A stretch of DNA of 64,000 nt from Candidatus Giovannonibacteria bacterium (GTDB lineage Bacteria; Patescibacteriota; Minisyncoccia; JACPKW01; UBA11713). The notes beneath the pieces are model-generated. The model was not told the DNA's origin. It was given only the letters and a program-made list of their open reading frames with translations, and did no database searches. This document shows, piece by piece, positions 59,413 through 64,000 of the stretch (within the stretch, counting starts at the first letter, position 1; each line of letters starts with the position of its first letter). The stretch spans positions 12,851 to 76,850 of the forward strand of contig JAHFOJ010000001.1 in assembly GCA_023266875.1 (NCBI GenBank), in the 5' to 3' direction. Made by a program: the position numbers and the translations under genes.

Positions 59413-60492
59413 TTAATTTTCTGTGTTGAAAAGTGAAATAAACTCGCGAACCTCTCTCTCTTTCCCGAATTTCTCGGCGAATTCAAGGCCAGCTTTGCGA
59501 AATTTATCGTAAAGTTCTTCGTCCGCCAAAAGTTTTCTTATTTTCTTGCCGAATTCGGCGACATCTCCGGGCTTTATTAAAAACTCTTCGAAGCCGGCTG
59601 GTGCAATATCTCTAACTCCGCCAACATCGGACGCGACAAACGGCGTTCCAGCGGCCATCGCCTCCAGAAGAGAATGCGGCACGCCTTCCTCGCGAGATGG
59701 CATTAAAAAGGCATCTGCCGCTTGATAATAAGCGACCATATCGCGATTCGGAACAGGCCCGATAACTTTGACAGGTATATGCGAACCAAGCGCTTCTGCC
59801 TCAAGTGATTCGCGGTACGGACCATCGCCGACAACAAACAAAACAGCATCAGAATCTCGAATGTAAGATATGATCGGCACCAAAAGATCCGCGCCTTTTC
59901 TCTCTGATAGGTGGTGAACAAAAAGAATCAGTTTTGTAGATCCTTTAATTCCAAACCAGCTTTTTGTGGCCTCTTTGCTTTCCTTTGGCAAAAAACGTCC
60001 GGCATCCACCCAATTTGAAACAATCTTCCATTTACGAACACGAAAATGCTTTACATATTCTTCAGCAAGACTCTTAGACCCTGTAACTAAAGTTGTGTGG
60101 CGCAAAATAAATCTAAAACACCGCTCCTCAAAAAAACCGCGGCGAAAAAGCCAAGGCATGCCGCAATTCCAATAAGAAACTCTCAAGCGGGCAAGCCAGC
60201 CTGCGAGCGCTCCATAATATGAGTAGTGAACATAAATATTATTGTATCCTTCTTTTTTCAGCCGCCTCAAAATAAAATAAAGTTCAAAAAAACGCGCAAT
60301 TCCTTTTTTGTGTTTCTGGACCAGAAATGGAACGTTAAGATTAATCGGACTTACAGCGTTTTCTATCACCGCATAAATATCAATCGCGGAACTTGCGGCG
60401 CGGATCAGCTCATAATTATAAAACAAATGAGTATCAGTTTTGTCGTCATACTTAGGCAAAATATAAATTACCTTTTCAGACATGCCTTCCAT
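59413..60492 (-). CDS. GT4 glycosyltransferase
   Basis: 359 aa. ...PSREEGVPHSLLEAMAAGTPFVASDVGGVRDI (E-x7-E). Confidence 0.85.
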   Translation of the reverse strand: MEGMSEKVIYILPKYDDKTDTHLFYNYELIRAASSAIDIYAVIENAVSPINLNVPFLVQKHKKGIARFFELYFILRRLKKEGYNNIYVHYSYYGALAGWLARLRVSYWNCGMPWLFRRGFFEERCFRFILRHTTLVTGSKSLAEEYVKHFRVRKWKIVSNWVDAGRFLPKESKEATKSWFGIKGSTKLILFVHHLSERKGADLLVPIISYIRDSDAVLFVVGDGPYRESLEAEALGSHIPVKVIGPVPNRDMVAYYQAADAFLMPSREEGVPHSLLEAMAAGTPFVASDVGGVRDIAPAGFEEFLIKPGDVAEFGKKIRKLLADEELYDKFRKAGLEFAEKFGKEREVREFISLFNTEN

Positions 60493-61631
60493 GATTCAAC
60501 TAATTTATTCCTATAATCATCAAATGAAACATAAGGCCGGGGAGTATTTTTTGCTCCTTCGGAAAGTTTTTTCAAGAAAGTTTTGTCATTTTTAATTTTA
60601 GTTAATGATCCAACAAGCGCTGATCGATCCCCAACCGGAAAAATAATCCCGTTTTGCCCGTCTTTAACAACTTCATGGGCGAGCCCAACGTCCGTCATTA
60701 AGACAGGAAGCCTCGATCCAAGCGCTTCAAGCGCAGCAAGGCTATATCCTTCGTAATTCGATGTTATTAATAGGCAATCCGCGCTCTGATAGTAATCAGC
60801 AAGATCTTCGGCTGATTTCCATCCTTCAAAATAAACATTCCCCTCAAGCCCATATTTTGCTTCATCTTCAAGGCGCGTCCGAAGCAACCCATCGCCTACA
60901 ATTACCAGCAAAATTTCCGGTCCCTTATTTACAATTTCACGAAACGCGTCAAGCGCGAGCGATATATTTTTTTCATGAGTTAGGCGAGAAGCCATTAAAA
61001 CATATAACTCATATCCCGGGTATTTCTTTTTAATATCCAACCATCCTTTCGGCTTACTTGCATCCGAATAAATCGGCAAGACACGGATAGTTGGCAGTTT
61101 ATAGTTTATAGTTTTTAGAATGGAGTTTTTGATCCGTTCGGATACAACCCGAATTCCATCAGCTCGCGGAATCAGGAAACTAGCTAACCAAATCCTGATT
61201 TTGTTAAAAAAAGATCCTCTAAAATAGTAAGGGCTAAAAATATCCGCATGAATTTGCATCTGCCACGGAACGCTAAATTTCTTTGAAAGTTTCCAAGCTA
61301 AAAACGAATGCTCGATTTCCTGCGCGGTAATCAAATCAAATTTCTCGCGCAATAAAACTGCCCTAGCTTTTTTATATCCCTTCCAAAATCGAAATAATTT
61401 CCCATCTTTCGCATCAATTTTTATAATTTCAAGTTTGTCCAAAACCTTTGCATATTCCCGCATCCGCAAAAAAACCGCGCTCCCCGCCTCATCCACCCAT
61501 GGATCCGATGAAAACATTAGAACTTTCATCCCGTTAGAAATCCGACCCGCTGTAGGCGCGTTGGTAGAAATCTCCGGTTTCTTATTTCTAACGGGATTCA
61601 TACAATTTCTTTTAAATAACATTGTTCGCAA
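60468..61631 (-). CDS. GT4 glycosyltransferase
   Basis: 387 aa. ...SNYEGYSLAALEALGSRLPVLMTDVG... Confidence 0.8.
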   Translation of the reverse strand: MRTMLFKRNCMNPVRNKKPEISTNAPTAGRISNGMKVLMFSSDPWVDEAGSAVFLRMREYAKVLDKLEIIKIDAKDGKLFRFWKGYKKARAVLLREKFDLITAQEIEHSFLAWKLSKKFSVPWQMQIHADIFSPYYFRGSFFNKIRIWLASFLIPRADGIRVVSERIKNSILKTINYKLPTIRVLPIYSDASKPKGWLDIKKKYPGYELYVLMASRLTHEKNISLALDAFREIVNKGPEILLVIVGDGLLRTRLEDEAKYGLEGNVYFEGWKSAEDLADYYQSADCLLITSNYEGYSLAALEALGSRLPVLMTDVGLAHEVVKDGQNGIIFPVGDRSALVGSLTKIKNDKTFLKKLSEGAKNTPRPYVSFDDYRNKLVESWKACLKR

Positions 61632-63334
61632 TAAACAATCCGTGGATCATCCGGCCGATAAACAGCTTCAAATTTAACTCCGCATTTAGGGCAAACTCTC
61701 TCAAAAAATTCCAAAACTATTGAGCCAAATTTATCCCTTTTTTCTTTGAGGCGTGCGCTAAAATGTTCAAGCGGCAAAGGCGTATTAAATTTACGATGCA
61801 AATCCAGCTCTGCTTGGGTATATCGAAATTTTTTATTATTTATTTTATCAAAAATTATTCTATCTAAAATATCGTTTTTTACGTTTTTAATATCAGCTGG
61901 CACATTCTCCGCATTAATTATATCTCCCTTCACTTCATCAAGCTCTTCTTTAATTTCTTCAAATCTATATCCAAACCGCCGCGCATTCTCAAAATCATCA
62001 TAACCTTTATACGATGAGGCAATCGAAAGATTATACGGAAAAGGTGAGGAATCTGGAGGAAAAAACTCTCCATATTCTCCATCCTTAAACATCTTAGTTT
62101 TTATTTCATCAACCTTCCGCCAATAATCGCCCTCTGTATACTGCTTGTTAAAAATACAAAATGATTTATTACTAAGCGCAATACAGCCAAAAACATCATG
62201 GCAATTTTTGCAAAAATCAGAGTATTCCGCATCACGACAGCCTGCCATCATAGTAGAAAACAATGTTTTGTAGCAATTATAAGCGCCCGCACATTCATAG
62301 GAGAATTCAGTTTCTACTGCACTTACATCGTACGAATCACGAATCTTCGTCGAACCAATGGAATATGCCGTTCGTTCTGAATCCATAACAAAATAACAAT
62401 TGAAACAATCTCTCGAGTTTATGATATAGTCTCCGGAACTATTCACCAATTTCTCATTATGGTGAGGCTTGTGAATCGCGTTCCGGGATATTTCGTAAAA
62501 TTTCTTTTTGTATTCAGCTAGAACATTACGATCCCCTAAATTAATTTCCGACAACTTGCTCTGATATTCGTCTTTCGTTAACTGCTCTCCAAAGAAAACA
62601 TACTTCTTATGGCGCAAATTTATGCCCCCGAAACAATTCGTGCAATTCCGGCAATCATATAGAAAATAACTGTCCAGACAGTTTTTTGAAAATTCCACAA
62701 AATAACAATTATAAAGTTCACTGGACTCAAAACATTCATAACAAATAGTGGAGTCAAATGCATCGAAACAATCAACACAATCTTTAGAATTTAAACAAAT
62801 CGTATAGTGGCAATTTTCGCTCTTGATCGAGTTAAAAACTAGATAGCAATCTTTCAAATGTGTTGAATCGTTAGTAAATTCACTATTTATGCTTGTATTG
62901 TCAACATAAAGATTGGGACGCGGCACAACTAGTTGAAGATTCTTAAACTGGTCAAAAAAGCTTCTAGATAAGTCACAATCGCGTTCATATTCTATGGCAT
63001 CCCATTCACCTCCAAACCAATGTTGGTGATCATAAATTTTATAAGGCGTATTTGGCGGATACTGCATTAAAATTTTTTTGCCCGAAAAAGACGAGATGCC
63101 GTAAAAAAGATTAAAAGAATTCCAAACAGCAAGAAATGAACGCATTCGTTCTTTCGGACTCAAAGTCGGAAGAGGCACGCGTATTTTTTTATAAAACGCG
63201 ACATCTTCAGGTCTAACATAAAATTTCTCGCTAGAAAACCGGCACGTTCTCCACTGTCCTCCCTTCTCGTCGAACTCAAGTTTCGAGAAATATTCATCCA
63301 ACGCCTTATCAAATTGTGGTGTTTTTGATGTCAT
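61598..63334 (-). CDS. Large cysteine-rich protein of unknown function (578 aa). Has an approximately 11-residue Cys repeat core and a C-terminal Zn-ribbon-like CPKCG...YCEQCYLKEIV
   Basis: Long ORF with 35 Cys. Repeats such as NCHYTICLNSKDCVDCFDAFDSTICYECFESSELYNCYFVEFSKNCLDSYFLYDCRNCTNCFGG. No signal peptide. No family recognised. Confidence 0.6.
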   Translation of the reverse strand: MTSKTPQFDKALDEYFSKLEFDEKGGQWRTCRFSSEKFYVRPEDVAFYKKIRVPLPTLSPKERMRSFLAVWNSFNLFYGISSFSGKKILMQYPPNTPYKIYDHQHWFGGEWDAIEYERDCDLSRSFFDQFKNLQLVVPRPNLYVDNTSINSEFTNDSTHLKDCYLVFNSIKSENCHYTICLNSKDCVDCFDAFDSTICYECFESSELYNCYFVEFSKNCLDSYFLYDCRNCTNCFGGINLRHKKYVFFGEQLTKDEYQSKLSEINLGDRNVLAEYKKKFYEISRNAIHKPHHNEKLVNSSGDYIINSRDCFNCYFVMDSERTAYSIGSTKIRDSYDVSAVETEFSYECAGAYNCYKTLFSTMMAGCRDAEYSDFCKNCHDVFGCIALSNKSFCIFNKQYTEGDYWRKVDEIKTKMFKDGEYGEFFPPDSSPFPYNLSIASSYKGYDDFENARRFGYRFEEIKEELDEVKGDIINAENVPADIKNVKNDILDRIIFDKINNKKFRYTQAELDLHRKFNTPLPLEHFSARLKEKRDKFGSIVLEFFERVCPKCGVKFEAVYRPDDPRIVYCEQCYLKEIV

Positions 63335-63351
63335 AAATCTAAATTCAAACT

Positions 63352-63433
63352 GCTATGATATATCATAGCGATAAGGTTTTCCTTCTAAACTACTTTCGTG
63401 GTTCATAATCTATTACTGCGATTAATCGCAGTA
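63352..63433. repeat. Two perfect palindromes in the 100-nt spacer between the Cys-rich paralogs: GCTATGATATATCATAGC (63352..63369) and TACTGCGATTAATCGCAGTA (63414..63433)
   Basis: Each equals its own reverse complement (18 bp and 20 bp). The second starts 1 nt after the stop codon of the upstream paralog. Confidence 0.6.
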
Positions 63434-63434
63434 T

Positions 63435-64000
63435 TTAAACTATTTCCTTTAAATAACAACTCTCACAATAGACCTTTAATTTTTTGGCGGGATCGTAAGA
63501 AGAATACATTTCTTGCCCGCAATTTGAGCATGGGTATTTCCATAAATAATACGGGTTCTTTTTTTTAAATCGTTCAAAAAGACGCACCTGGTAGTGATTT
63601 GTTGGCAACGGAATTTTATATTTTCTATAAAAAGTTAATTCCCATTCCGTAATCTGAAACAATCTTCCGGTCTCGGTACAGATAATCGCTTTTTTCAAGA
63701 TATCATTTTGGACATCGGCGATATTGTCGGGCAGTTCTTCGCCTTTTATTTTTTCGAGGTCAGAATGCATTATAGGCTCAATCGCGCGCCATCTAGCTTT
63801 AAATGTTTTTGCAGATGTTTCATTAAGGGGAACAATCATTTGCGCATAAGTATCATTGTAATAAAAGAATGAGTGCTCGAGGGGCAGAAACTCTCCATAC
63901 ATACCATCCGCAAGCATTTTAGTTTTCATTTCATCGATTTTTTTCCAATATTCGTTTTCAGTATAAGCTTTATTGAAAATGTAATACTCTTTATTTTTTA
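63435..64000 (-). CDS. Paralog of the Cys-rich protein; runs off the window end, so N-terminus is missing
   Basis: The ORF-track 164-aa call starts at an internal Met. The same frame stays open to 64000 and reads ...NKAYTENEYWKKIDEMKTKMLADGMYGEF, parallel to the paralog's NKQYTEGDYWRKVDEIKTKMFKDGEYGEF. Both end in CYLKEIV. Confidence 0.6.
   Translation of the reverse strand, partial: KNKEYYIFNKAYTENEYWKKIDEMKTKMLADGMYGEFLPLEHSFFYYNDTYAQMIVPLNETSAKTFKARWRAIEPIMHSDLEKIKGEELPDNIADVQNDILKKAIICTETGRLFQITEWELTFYRKYKIPLPTNHYQVRLFERFKKKNPYYLWKYPCSNCGQEMYSSYDPAKKLKVYCESCYLKEIV

Overview
The window is a low-GC (~40%) stretch of a compact bacterial genome; small ATP synthase subunits, tight gene spacing and many glycosyltransferases suggest a CPR/Patescibacteria-like organism, but that is inference. 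Standard genetic code: TGA is a normal stop (e.g. atpC, atpD). Nearly everything in the first third is on the minus strand. Coordinates 1-17.9 kb are housekeeping. That includes a complete F-type ATP synthase operon (atpBEFHAGDC) with gatB directly upstream and plausibly co-transcribed. After that come efp, an uppS-like cis-prenyltransferase and a dienelactone hydrolase. A secA-hpf-murB block follows, flanked by pepA, an FKBP PPIase, a Nudix hydrolase and a YwbE-like gene. About 17.9-63.3 kb is one very large surface-glycan locus. It starts with an initiating polyprenyl-phosphate sugar-phosphotransferase and contains 9-10 GT2/GT4 glycosyltransferases and three GT-C (ArnT/PMT-like) membrane glycosyltransferases. 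It also has an ArnC-like polyprenyl-P GT2, an ArnE-like mini-flippase, a Wzx flippase and two tandem O-antigen-ligase+TPR paralogs. Modification enzymes include a WbpB/WbpE/WbpD-like trio, two NodB deacetylases, a carbamoyltransferase, an SGNH hydrolase, TylF-type and class I methyltransferases, a 2OG-Fe(II) oxygenase, two FemAB-like genes and a nitroreductase-methyltransferase fusion. Four things in this locus are unusual. First, a CotH-kinase/beta-helix fusion is followed by a VTC (polyphosphate-polymerase-like) protein and a DUF4956 membrane protein. Second, a divergent RtcB-like ligase homologue is tightly coupled to a CDP-alcohol-phosphotransferase-like membrane protein. Third, the window ends with two tandem large cysteine-rich paralogs separated by two perfect palindromes. 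Fourth, a structured non-coding region lies upstream of murB. No rRNA, tRNA, CRISPR or mobile elements were seen.
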